Virus record (IMG/VR): IMGVR_UViG_3300045988_155612
Reading direction: 5' to 3' (one strand)
Length of the DNA stretch: 43,949 nucleotides
Source: a virus
How positions within the stretch are numbered: the first letter of the stretch is position 1; the number at the start of each line of letters is the position of its first letter. This document shows, piece by piece, positions 1 through 8,085 of the stretch. The position numbers and the translations under genes were made by a program. Under the pieces are notes generated by a model. The model was given only the letters and a program-made list of their open reading frames with translations. It had not been told where the DNA came from and made no database searches.

Positions 1-55
1 GCGCGGCAGCCAGCTTCTTAATCTGGTCAGCCAGACCCTTGACGGCACCGTCCGC
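1..55. repeat. Terminal overlap, identical to 43895-43949
   Basis: gcgcggcagccagcttcttaatctggtcagccagacccttgacggcaccgtccgc occurs at both ends; compared base by base by eye. Confidence 0.95.
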
Positions 56-436
56 ATCGAGCTCAGCCTTATCAAGGTCGAGCAGCGCCTTCACGGCCTT
101 TACGTTCTTCGCTTTGGCAGCAGACAGAGCCAGCTCAACGGCGGTATCGATTTTGAGGCGCTTGATTTCCGCCTCATGGGCCTTCGTCGCTGCGGTGTTC
201 TCAGTCTGGAGAGTAGCGATTTGTGTCTTGAGCGCCTCGACGTCGCCGGTAGAGGCCTTGAGGGTCTCAAGTTGCTTGTCGCGCTCCTTGACGGTATCGG
301 CGAGAGCTTTCTTCTCGGTGTTCAGAGTGTTGAAGTCTGCGCGCGCCACGAAGTTCTTGCCGATTTCCTCAGAGACCTTTTTATCAATCTCTTCGGAGTA
401 CGCTTCTCCCAAAATAGTTTTCAGCCAGTCCAACAT
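1..436 (-). CDS. Scaffolding protein (GP20-like), N-terminal ~145 codons; continues in frame at 43894..43698 across the circular junction (about 210 aa in total)
   Basis: ATG at 436-434 follows caggaggacaaa. The translation MLDWLKTILGEAYSEEIDKKVSEE... is Ala/Lys/Glu-rich and coiled-coil-like. The frame was checked through the 55-bp overlap. The gene lies directly upstream of the major capsid gene. Confidence 0.8.
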   Translation of the reverse strand, partial: MLDWLKTILGEAYSEEIDKKVSEEIGKNFVARADFNTLNTEKKALADTVKERDKQLETLKASTGDVEALKTQIATLQTENTAATKAHEAEIKRLKIDTAVELALSAAKAKNVKAVKALLDLDKAELDADGAVKGLADQIKKLAAA

Positions 437-535
437 TTTGTCCTCCTGTCTCCCGCTGTCCTTTTTATCCGGCCAGTCCCGGTATTGCGGGTACGCTATT
501 TGTTGTCCGCCGCGTAAGGCGGTAATTTTTGTATG

Positions 536-569
536 AAAAAAGCGCCTCCTGCTAAAAAGCAGGGACGCT
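536..569 (-). terminator. Rho-independent terminator after the MuF/small-ORF unit
   Basis: On the minus strand: GCGTCCCTGCT-TTTT-AGCAGGAGGCGC followed by TTTTTT. Confidence 0.7.
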
Positions 570-603
570 CTAATCAACTATTGCTTCTGTGGGGCTCCAC
601 GGT

Positions 604-676
604 CTCCCGTATCGCGTTTTAACTGAGGGGGTCCTTAGATTTACCCTCTGAAAAAATCGGACTCAAATCAGGAGCC
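604..676 (-). repeat. Repeat family 3, copy 1
   Basis: ctcccgtatcgcgttttaactgagggggtccttagatttaccctctgaaaaa...ggagcc, starting right after a stop codon. Confidence 0.75.
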
Positions 677-856
677 TTCTGGCTCGCCTGAATATCGACC
701 GCACTTTTCACATACCTTGAGGGCCTTATCCCAGTCGGGAACGGTGTCACCCTCAAGAAGAATATCGTCGGTAGCGATATTGCAAAGCTCCCAGCAATAG
801 CCCCAGTCAATTTCCTTATTCAATAAAGGGCACTTGACCTTATTTTGCTCGGACAT
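668..856 (-). CDS. Small Cys-rich protein (62 aa), candidate immunity partner of the MuF C-terminal domain
   Basis: GAGGTG lies 8 nt upstream of the ATG. The ORF overlaps the MuF stop by 17 nt and carries CxxxC and CxxC motifs. The function is an inference. Confidence 0.55.
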   Translation of the reverse strand: MSEQNKVKCPLLNKEIDWGYCWELCNIATDDILLEGDTVPDWDKALKVCEKCGRYSGEPEGS

Positions 857-2426
857 GTTTCATCACCTCGTCGTATAGCAGTTTGCCGCGTTCGTCCAGT
901 TGACCGGCGGTACCAATCTCACCGTTATTATCAAGGACCGCAAAGCCCTCGCTTGTGTAGAAGGCATATTGCGTACCCCTGCGCTGTTTGAGCGCGAAGT
1001 CTGCATTATCAATAATATTCTGAGTCCATTCTAAGGTTATACCACGAGAAGCAAACCGTTTTTCGGCGTGCTCATTCGCTTTGACGGCAACTCGGCCCAT
1101 AGGCGGGGCGACCAGAGTTCCGGTCGTTCGGACTTTGCCCTCGTCGTGGAGAGCCTTAACCGCTTTATGCGCAGTCCAAAAGCACCTATCGCTTGTAGGA
1201 TTCGCACCCTTGTATCGATAGTAACCGGTAAGGTCCTTGTAGTTCTCAGAATTATACTTTAACTGCTGAAAAGCCGCAAAGCTCTTAGGCGCGTCTACGC
1301 CGAGTCGAGCCTTGTAGTTCTCATACTGCTTTTTATCAGCAGTTTCATTATACCACATATTTTTGAACTTTTCCACGGTACCAGTGCCATAGGCGCCGTC
1401 TTGTCTCGTTTTCCAGTCCTTATATGTCATATCCTTCGGAATATTGAAGCTCTCGCCGGTCTTCACATCTCTCGCGAAGCGGTCTCCGAGACCTTGCATA
1501 TCCTCGTAATAAGGGGCAGTCGTACCTCTGCACCACGGGTGAAAAGGCGGCGCAGTTACGCCGACTTGATATTCACTCATCGGATAGACCTTACCGTCAA
1601 GCCCTGCGCACAAGCTACAGGTCTCGTTGTCAAGGGTTTCCACGATAACATACTTCTCGACGCCGAGGTCCTTGAAACAGTCCTTACGGGCCTCATTCGC
1701 AAAAGCAGCGCTCTCGGTCATAACGAGGCGCCCGGCCTGCGACTTAGAGACCTGAAAGCGGTCGGAAATAGCCTTGATGGCTTTATCCGGAGCTGCACCT
1801 CGCATTATCATCTGGGTGAGCTGCGTGTTGACACTGTTGACGAGCGCCTGCTTGTTCGCCCAGATTCTATCGCTGAAAGTCTGGCCGTCTAAGGTCCATG
1901 GCCGCGAGAGTACTTTGCTGATAGCTTCATCGGTCAGCCCGTGGAGCGTCCAGCCGACCCCTATGCCCTTTTGGAGCTCAAAGGCGGTATGATAATAGCC
2001 TCGCTGGTAAACCTCGCTCAGGGACGAATTAAGAGCCTCTGTCTGCGCCCCGTGTAAGACCTCGGCCTGCTCCTGTAGCTGAAGCCTCAAGCTGTCAAGC
2101 CTTGACACGTGGACGCGGGCAGAAGCATTCTTAAGCTGCTTGAGCCACGCCTGAGAGACCGCGTTCTCTTGACCGTGTTTTATATACTCTTCAACGGTCC
2201 ACCGGAACTCGTCAAGCTCTTGCGTGGTAAGCAGCTTATTCGCCTCGGCGAGCGTTATGCCGTTTTCGGCCGCAAACCGCTGATACCATCTCGCGATTTG
2301 CGATTCTATATCCTGAATAGCGGTCGCATATTGCCGCTCGAGGTTTTTAACGTAGTCGTACCCCTTATCAAGCAAGGATTCCTCAAGAATCCGCATTCGG
2401 TTGGCCCAGTACTTATCATTCCTCAT
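840..2426 (-). CDS. Head morphogenesis / minor capsid protein (SPP1 gp7 / Mu F family) with an extra ~80-aa C-terminal DUF4258-like domain
   Basis: MuF core: ...GRLVMTESAAFANEARKDCF...ETLDNETCSLCAGLDGKVY...PPFHPWCRGTT. The gene follows the portal gene. The C-terminal tail reads ANEHAEKRFASRGITLEW... Confidence 0.85.
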   Translation of the reverse strand: MRNDKYWANRMRILEESLLDKGYDYVKNLERQYATAIQDIESQIARWYQRFAAENGITLAEANKLLTTQELDEFRWTVEEYIKHGQENAVSQAWLKQLKNASARVHVSRLDSLRLQLQEQAEVLHGAQTEALNSSLSEVYQRGYYHTAFELQKGIGVGWTLHGLTDEAISKVLSRPWTLDGQTFSDRIWANKQALVNSVNTQLTQMIMRGAAPDKAIKAISDRFQVSKSQAGRLVMTESAAFANEARKDCFKDLGVEKYVIVETLDNETCSLCAGLDGKVYPMSEYQVGVTAPPFHPWCRGTTAPYYEDMQGLGDRFARDVKTGESFNIPKDMTYKDWKTRQDGAYGTGTVEKFKNMWYNETADKKQYENYKARLGVDAPKSFAAFQQLKYNSENYKDLTGYYRYKGANPTSDRCFWTAHKAVKALHDEGKVRTTGTLVAPPMGRVAVKANEHAEKRFASRGITLEWTQNIIDNADFALKQRRGTQYAFYTSEGFAVLDNNGEIGTAGQLDERGKLLYDEVMKHVRAK

Positions 2427-3906
2427 TTACCGGGTCACCGCCTTCGGGGTTACGCAAAGCCTGCGCCTGCTCAAAAGCCGCTCGGTAGGGGTCCGCTTCC
2501 TCTTTCTGCTTTTCGAGCCGTTCAAGCTCGGCCGCAGGGTCGTCGACCCACGGGTGCATAGCGACGATGGTCTCATCGGAGATAATGCCGACGGACTTAG
2601 AGCAGTTATCAATAGCCTCGGACTCGTTGATAAGAATATCGCGGTTGAAGATAACTGTAATATCTTCGCTCTCATACGAGCCCTTGCCGGTGTTGGCGAG
2701 GTAGGTATTGACAAACCAGAGAATCTCCTCAAAAGAGGCTTGCAGCTCGGTCTCCATCGCGTTCGCGTCGAGGTCGATGTCGCAATACATGCTCTGAATG
2801 TTCATCTGGTTAGGCGTACCGGAAAGGCGGTCGTCCTTCGCGTCATAGCTGCGGAGGTTTTCAATGAGTGCCTTTTTCAGAAGCTCGAGGACGGTCTTAT
2901 AGTTCTCAGAGTTTACCGAGATTTCAAGGCTGTCCACGCCGCCGTCAGTACCCTCGACCGTGCGGACCTTGATAGCTCCGTAGGTCGTCAGGTTACGCCG
3001 GAACTCCCCGAGGTCCTGTCCATCGTAGTTCTTGAGGACAAGGACAGTATTACGGACGTCTTCCTCCATGTTGTTCACGAAGTCGGATTGCAGGAGGTTG
3101 ATAGCGTCCTGCAAGGAGCGGCCCCGACGAATGAGAGGGACTTCCTTCGGGTTGTACTTGATAGGGATAAGGGGGAAGCGTTCCCAGTTCAGGGGCTGCT
3201 CGTTACCCTTGCTGTCCTTCACCTTAACATAGGCCTGCTTCTCAGTGTCCGGCGTAAGTACGCCGTTCTCAAAGATGTAGGTCGTGACGCCTTCCAGCGT
3301 GAAGAGGTCGACCTTCTTAACGATTTTCTTCTCGGTACCGTAGTAGACCTCGACCGGATAAAGGCGAAGAGCGGAGTCAAGCTCGGTGTGAGCTGCGTCC
3401 GCCCAGAACGGCATAATCTCGTAGCCGGGGAATACCCGGAATGCGAGCTCGCCGTTTTTATTGTAATAGGGATAAAGCCACGAGATACCCGCATTGAGGC
3501 ACTCGACTCCCGCGCTCTTGAGAGTACGCATAAACCTCATGCCGAGTACCTTCTTGACCTCGGCTGCGTAATCGTCATTCTCGCAGGAGAAAGAAATAGG
3601 CTGACCGAGAAGGTAGTTTGCCTTCTGGTCAACGTGTTTCGCATACTGGTTATCCACAATACGGTTGTTCGGGAGATTCTCAATCACAATCAGCTTACCG
3701 TCAGGGCCGATAGCCGTGCGCTGGCGTTTGAGAATGTCATGGTCTCCGGTATAGTACCGGTCGCCGTCAATCATCTCGCGCCGTTCAGGAGAAGTCTCCC
3801 AGTCGGTAAGCTCTCGCGCGTAGAACTCAAGCTCGGTCATAGGCCTGCCGGCGCGGAGGCGCAAACTGAAAAACTCCTGCTCGATAGGCTTCTTGAATAA
3901 GGGCAT
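2416..3906 (-). CDS. Portal protein (SPP1 gp6-like)
   Basis: 496 aa, lying between terL and MuF. AAGGAGGTG RBS. The N-terminus ...ELEFYARELTDWETSPERREMIDGDRYYTGDHDIL is typical of SPP1-type portals. Confidence 0.85.
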   Translation of the reverse strand: MPLFKKPIEQEFFSLRLRAGRPMTELEFYARELTDWETSPERREMIDGDRYYTGDHDILKRQRTAIGPDGKLIVIENLPNNRIVDNQYAKHVDQKANYLLGQPISFSCENDDYAAEVKKVLGMRFMRTLKSAGVECLNAGISWLYPYYNKNGELAFRVFPGYEIMPFWADAAHTELDSALRLYPVEVYYGTEKKIVKKVDLFTLEGVTTYIFENGVLTPDTEKQAYVKVKDSKGNEQPLNWERFPLIPIKYNPKEVPLIRRGRSLQDAINLLQSDFVNNMEEDVRNTVLVLKNYDGQDLGEFRRNLTTYGAIKVRTVEGTDGGVDSLEISVNSENYKTVLELLKKALIENLRSYDAKDDRLSGTPNQMNIQSMYCDIDLDANAMETELQASFEEILWFVNTYLANTGKGSYESEDITVIFNRDILINESEAIDNCSKSVGIISDETIVAMHPWVDDPAAELERLEKQKEEADPYRAAFEQAQALRNPEGGDPVNEE

Positions 3907-3919
3907 TTATCGCACCTCC

Positions 3920-5143
3920 TTAAAAACTGAATCTCGACGGTTGGAACGCGGCGCGAACGAAGTATCTCGTATCGTCCATAGCGTGGTCGTCGATTTTTAG
4001 CGGCCGGTCTTCGGCGGCTTTTTCGTCCCACCGATATAAACCGAACTCTCTTATACAGTCCGTGCAGCAGTCGCAAAAGAAAATGTCGCCGGCGTTCAGC
4101 CGGGTAGCAACATCGCGAATACCGTCAAGGACTCGGTTGCTTGCCTGCTCGACCATGAAGCGGTCGTGCCGGCGTATGACCTCGATAAACGAGGCGGCGG
4201 AAGGGTCAACGATGATTTTCCGAATCGAGAGGTCTCCCGCAAGCTCTTCAATAGCTGCGTAATGCTCCTCGTCCGTTCGCTGATACCGTTCCTTGCGTCC
4301 GTCGTAGTAGTACTCTCGAACGCGGTACCATTTTCCCTCACAGAGGCCCCAGAGCCCGGCCGAGGTCGGGTTTAAGGTGCCGTAGTCGCAAGAGATAAGG
4401 TACTCCTCGTAATCGCGAGGCACGGAAGGGACTACATGATAGTCCTTATTAAACATTGTATATATCAAGCCCTCCGCGACGGTCCAGAGACCACGGATAT
4501 ACCGGTCGTAGAACACGCCGGAATACATACCCTCGTATCGGGCTTTGATTTTCTCATCAAGGCTGAGGTTGTCGTCCATCGTAAAATGCAGGTAGAGCAT
4601 ATTGCGCTCCGCCGCTTTACGAATCCACTCTTTATAAAACCAGTGGCCCGGCGACTCGGGGTTGCAGTTAAACCAGAACTTCGACCCGGAGACCGAGCAA
4701 CGCGCCATAGCCTGCTCTACGAAGGAACGAGGCATAAGGGCGACCTCGTCGAAGAGGACTCCGGCCAGAGTAATGCCCTGAATAAGGGTGTAGCTGGACT
4801 CGTCCCGACCTCCGAAGAGGTAGTAGGTATTAGAGCGATTGCCGATAGTGACGACCATTTTATTCTCGCTGCGGCGCTCAGTAACCTCGAACATACCCTC
4901 GAGCCATGTGGGAATATGTACGATAACGTTACGCCGAAGCGCTTCAATCGTGCGGCCGCAGATAGCGAAGTTCTGTTTATCGAAGCTCGCCATGCTCCAC
5001 ATGATAAAGCCGATAGCCATTGAGACCGTCTTGCCGGAACGAATTGACCCGTCGCAGATAAGCCCGTCTCTATTCTGGTGTTCCGGTTTCGTCCACCAGA
5101 AGAGGGTCGCGTTCTGCCGAGGACTGAAGCTCTGGTATTGCAC
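3920..5143 (-). CDS. terL: Terminase large subunit
   Basis: Walker A-like DGSIRSGKT near the N-terminus. 407 aa, immediately upstream of the portal gene. Confidence 0.9.
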   Translation of the reverse strand: MQYQSFSPRQNATLFWWTKPEHQNRDGLICDGSIRSGKTVSMAIGFIMWSMASFDKQNFAICGRTIEALRRNVIVHIPTWLEGMFEVTERRSENKMVVTIGNRSNTYYLFGGRDESSYTLIQGITLAGVLFDEVALMPRSFVEQAMARCSVSGSKFWFNCNPESPGHWFYKEWIRKAAERNMLYLHFTMDDNLSLDEKIKARYEGMYSGVFYDRYIRGLWTVAEGLIYTMFNKDYHVVPSVPRDYEEYLISCDYGTLNPTSAGLWGLCEGKWYRVREYYYDGRKERYQRTDEEHYAAIEELAGDLSIRKIIVDPSAASFIEVIRRHDRFMVEQASNRVLDGIRDVATRLNAGDIFFCDCCTDCIREFGLYRWDEKAAEDRPLKIDDHAMDDTRYFVRAAFQPSRFSF

Positions 5144-5561
5144 TCAGGTCAACCTCCTTTCCGGCGGCGTGAATCGCCTCAAAGAAGTTGGTCTCCTTCG
5201 CGTCGGACGACTTAATTGCCTCGTTAGCTGTATATTTGTCAATGACGATACCCATAGCGGTAGCAAGCTGATTGACCGTCGCGGCAGCGAGCTTGTCTTC
5301 GTCTCCCATAGCCGCAAGCAGCTTGTCAATCAGTCCGCAAACGTCATTTTTCTTAGAATCCATAAAGGCCAGAATGCTTGCCGTGTTCTCAGCCTTTTTT
5401 TGTGCAACCTTTTGTTTTAGGTCGTTGTCGCTTTTTAACGTGCGCTGAATCGTAGTCGTAGAGACGCCGTATTTCGCAGCCAGCGCCCGAATGCTCGAGC
5501 CGTTCACCGATTCAGCTATAATCTTTTTCCGTTGCTTATCGGTCAGCTTAGCCACGTTCAT
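5070..5561 (-). CDS. terS: Terminase small subunit (HTH)
   Basis: Start trimmed to MNVAKLTDKQRKKI..., preceded by GAGGGAGGG. HTH segment SIRALAAKYGVSTTTIQRTL. Lies upstream of terL with a 74-nt overlap. Confidence 0.7.
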   Translation of the reverse strand: MNVAKLTDKQRKKIIAESVNGSSIRALAAKYGVSTTTIQRTLKSDNDLKQKVAQKKAENTASILAFMDSKKNDVCGLIDKLLAAMGDEDKLAAATVNQLATAMGIVIDKYTANEAIKSSDAKETNFFEAIHAAGKEVDLSAIPELQSSAERDPLLVDETGTPE

Positions 5562-5708
5562 CCCTCCCTCGTTAGTTGTCGCTAACCTCCATTCATAATA
5601 ATAGACGGAGCACTGCACCGGAGGCCCGCGCAGTGCTCCATCGAGAAAAAACTCGGACAGTATCATCCGAGTTTTTCACCATACTATTTTAACATATTTG
5701 GTTGCGGC

Positions 5709-6140
5709 TCAGCGTGGCCAACTCCAATTATCCCCGAGGAATAATAAAACTTTTTTATGCCGACGCATGACCCAGCGATAGGCATAATGAAGTTCAACCG
5801 CAATTTCTTCCCAGCGCATGTAATTTAAGTACCGCAACTCCATCATAAACTGGTCTGTATCGTCAAGACCGCTTTCTTTTATGAGCCTACCGATTTCAAG
5901 CTCAACCACGGCAAGCTCGTAAATCTCGGCTTTGATTTCCGACTGCAAATCGACGATAGCGCAAGCGGCGTCCTCGACTTTCTTTGATGGCGTAGAAGAG
6001 AACGAGGCAACTGGCTTAATCTCAGCCGTAGTAGACTCAGCTCTACGCCGCCACTCATCGATACGGCGCTCCTTTGCGGCAATGCGTTCTTTTATTCTAT
6101 ATCCTCTGTTGAGGAAGTCCTTCACCTCTTGCGGTGTCAT
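5709..6140 (-). CDS. Putative late-gene transcriptional activator (sigma-70 region-4-like HTH; RinA/ArpU/DUF1492-like)
   Basis: Start trimmed to MTPQEVKDF..., preceded by AAGGAGG. C-terminal segment ELRYLNYMRWEEIAVELHYAYRWVMRRHKKVL. Occupies the classical position between the replication module and terS. Confidence 0.55.
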   Translation of the reverse strand: MTPQEVKDFLNRGYRIKERIAAKERRIDEWRRRAESTTAEIKPVASFSSTPSKKVEDAACAIVDLQSEIKAEIYELAVVELEIGRLIKESGLDDTDQFMMELRYLNYMRWEEIAVELHYAYRWVMRRHKKVLLFLGDNWSWPR

Positions 6141-7498
6141 TTTGATACCTCCTTGATTCTGGCTTTCAAAGCCTCGAGGCAAGCGTTCTGCCTTACCTCC
6201 TTCGGCGCGAGTATGTCGTCTAAGACACGGTAGTCATAGGTGTCCTTCATCAGGATATGGTGAATCAGGACCGTTTTCTTTTGCCCCGGACGGTGCAGCC
6301 GCTTGTTTGCCTGTTGGTAAAGCTCAAGACTGGTAGGAAGTCCGTACCATATCGCGATATGACCTCCCGCCTGCAAGTTCAGACCGTGCCCCGCGCTCGC
6401 GGGGTGCGCAAGCATAATCGGAATCTTGCCCTCGTTCCAGCGGACGACCGCTCCGTCGTCTTTAATGTCTACCGCTTCCGGGTATCGCTCCATAATTCTG
6501 TCGCGCTCATGCCGAAAGGCGTAGAACACCAAAACGGGTTGACCGTTCGCTTCTTCAATAAGCTGGTCTAACGCCTCGAGCTTGCAGTCATGCAGGACCT
6601 TGACATTGCCATTCTCATCGTAAGCCGCGCCTCCCGCAGCCTGCAAGAGCTTATTCGTCAGGGCTGCCGCGGTCGGCGCGTCGATGTCGCCGTCAGCAAA
6701 CGGGAGAAGAGTGTCCCGCTCAAGGGTCTTATAAAGCTCCATCGCCTCCGGGGTAAGCTCGAACTCACGACGGAGAAAAAGTCTGCCCGGTAGTTGTAAA
6801 TAGTCCGCCGCGTTCATACTGATACAGAGCTTGCCGATTTTCTCATAGATAAGCTCCTCCGCGCCGTCTTTCGGTTTCCATGAGAAAATGGTCGTGGCGT
6901 TCCGCTTATCCGGGACGAAGTAAGTATCGCGATACCCTGTCAGAGTTTTGCCGAGTGCCTTGCCCTCATCAAGCAAGTACATCTCCGGCCAGAGGTCAAG
7001 CAGTCCATTCGGCGACGGCGTGCCGGTAAGACCGACAATCCGCTTGATATATTTCCGGACCTTTTTCAGAGCCCGGAAGCGCTGCGCCTTACTGGACTTG
7101 AAGCTCGACAGCTCATCGATGATAACCATATCGAAAGGCCACTTGCTTTTGAAGTAGTCCACAAGCCAGACGACATTCTCGCGATTGACGATATAAATAT
7201 CCGCCTCCCGCTCGCAAGCTGCGATACGCTCGGCCTTCGACCCGAGAATCAACGAGAGCTTCAGATGTTTCAGGTGGTCCCACTTCTTGACCTCGGGTGG
7301 CCATGTTTCCTTTGCCGGTTTCAGCGGGGCGATAACAAGGACCTTGCTCACGGCAAAGTAGTCATTCAGGAGCTTGTCCGCCGCGCTCAAGCTCGTTACC
7401 GTTTTTCCCATACCCATATCCAATAAGAGCCCCGCCTCGGGGTTGTCGAGAATGAACTTCTCCGCGAAGTCCTGATAATAGTAAGGTTTATATTCCAT
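6137..7498 (-). CDS. SNF2-family DEAD/H helicase
   Basis: Motif I LLLDMGMGKT, motif II VIIDELSSFK, and a helicase C-terminal region ending ...QQANKRLHRPGQKK. Confidence 0.9.
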   Translation of the reverse strand: MEYKPYYYQDFAEKFILDNPEAGLLLDMGMGKTVTSLSAADKLLNDYFAVSKVLVIAPLKPAKETWPPEVKKWDHLKHLKLSLILGSKAERIAACEREADIYIVNRENVVWLVDYFKSKWPFDMVIIDELSSFKSSKAQRFRALKKVRKYIKRIVGLTGTPSPNGLLDLWPEMYLLDEGKALGKTLTGYRDTYFVPDKRNATTIFSWKPKDGAEELIYEKIGKLCISMNAADYLQLPGRLFLRREFELTPEAMELYKTLERDTLLPFADGDIDAPTAAALTNKLLQAAGGAAYDENGNVKVLHDCKLEALDQLIEEANGQPVLVFYAFRHERDRIMERYPEAVDIKDDGAVVRWNEGKIPIMLAHPASAGHGLNLQAGGHIAIWYGLPTSLELYQQANKRLHRPGQKKTVLIHHILMKDTYDYRVLDDILAPKEVRQNACLEALKARIKEVSK

Positions 7499-7772
7499 CG
7501 GCTTTTAGCCTCGCTTTCAAATCCTCCATATCGGAGATACGCCAAACGATACAGCCGAGCCCCTCTAATGTCGCGATGACCTTTTTCTGCCTGATACTCA
7601 AACCGTCACTCAGCCCCGGCCGCTTGACCTCTATAAAAATTATTCGTCCCCCCGGCAATATTGCGATTCGGTCAGGCACCCCCGGAGCTCCCGGGGACAC
7701 CCACTTATACGCTTTACCGCCGAGGGACTTGATATACTCACAGAGCTTTCGCTCAAAAGTGCTTTCATACAT
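7488..7772 (-). CDS. VRR-NUC domain nuclease
   Basis: PD-(D/E)XK-type signature GVPDRIAILPGGRIIFIEVK. 94 aa. GAAGGAGGG RBS. Lies next to the SNF2 gene, as in many Firmicutes phages. Confidence 0.85.
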   Translation of the reverse strand: MYESTFERKLCEYIKSLGGKAYKWVSPGAPGVPDRIAILPGGRIIFIEVKRPGLSDGLSIRQKKVIATLEGLGCIVWRISDMEDLKARLKADGI

Positions 7773-7787
7773 AGAATCCCTCCTTCA

Positions 7788-7976
7788 GGTAGTCGAGTAG
7801 CGCGTGTAACAAAGATTCCTTATATATACATGTAATGCGAGGGAGCGAACAAGTTGTGTCGAGTGTCCCTTTACTTTTTTAAAAAATGTTTTTAAGATTT
7901 TTCGACTACCAGTACTACCAAGTAGCCAAAAGCATTGATATATAAGGCTTTTTTGAGGTAGCAGAGTAGGTAGCAC
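7788..7976. repeat. Repeat family 2, copy A (between the primase/helicase and VRR-NUC genes)
   Basis: ggtagtcgagtagc...ttccttatatatacatgtaatgcgagggagcg...cgactaccagtactaccaagtagccaaaagc...gaggtagcagagtaggtagc. By eye, roughly 75-80% identical to copy B over about 190 bp. Confidence 0.8.
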
Positions 7977-8085
7977 TTTGTTGCAAGTAGTTCTTAAAGT
8001 GCTACCTTTGTTGCAAGTGCGCTTGTACGACCTACCCTCTAATGAAAAAAGTTGGCCTTTCAAGTGCTACCTTTGCTACCTCAGA
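7955..8085. repeat. Iteron-like cluster of GGTAGC/GCTACC-containing motifs (candidate replication origin)
   Basis: gaggtagcag, taggtagcactttgttgcaag, agtgctacctttgttgcaag, cgacctaccc, agtgctacctttgctacctc. Non-coding stretch adjoining the 3' end of the primase/helicase gene. Confidence 0.45.

Noticed and set aside
1-55. The 55-bp end duplication as a biological direct terminal repeat or cos site.
   Set aside because: It is very short and exact, and it falls inside a coding sequence that reads through it in frame. An assembly overlap of a circular or permuted genome is more likely. It remains flagged as checkable.
619-810. Track ORFs 619..810 and 21456..21848 share the C-terminal peptide FSEGKSK(G/D)P, which hints at a conserved small protein.
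   Set aside because: The shared peptide comes from the family 3 DNA repeat read in one frame. Both ORFs otherwise overlap better-supported genes or intergenic DNA and lack RBSs.
2401-3900. Long plus-strand ORFs antisense to minus-strand genes: 2401..3900, 8042..8926, 9434..10480, 12867..13796, 15433..16998, 21325..22488, 26055..27206, 30863..32335, 36904..38217, 39769..40977 and 42697..43719.
   Set aside because: Each lies opposite a minus-strand ORF with clear family motifs and an RBS. Their translations are low-complexity and Arg/Leu/Val-rich, and they lack RBSs. This is typical shadow-ORF behaviour in GC-rich coding DNA.
5070-5666. N-terminally extended versions of several track ORFs: 5070..5666, 5709..6182, 11234..11734, 11628..12521, 17529..17810, 23713..24483, 27175..27708, 28807..30096, 30881..32572 and 33071..34204.
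   Set aside because: In each case an internal ATG is preceded at 6-10 nt by an AGGAGG-like RBS and begins the recognisable protein. The upstream extensions overlap neighbouring genes or regulatory DNA.
7785-8063. A 92-aa minus-strand ORF in the gap between the primase/helicase and VRR-NUC genes.
   Set aside because: It spans repeat family 2 and the iteron-like cluster, has no RBS, and its peptide is low-complexity. I treat the region as non-coding regulatory or origin DNA.
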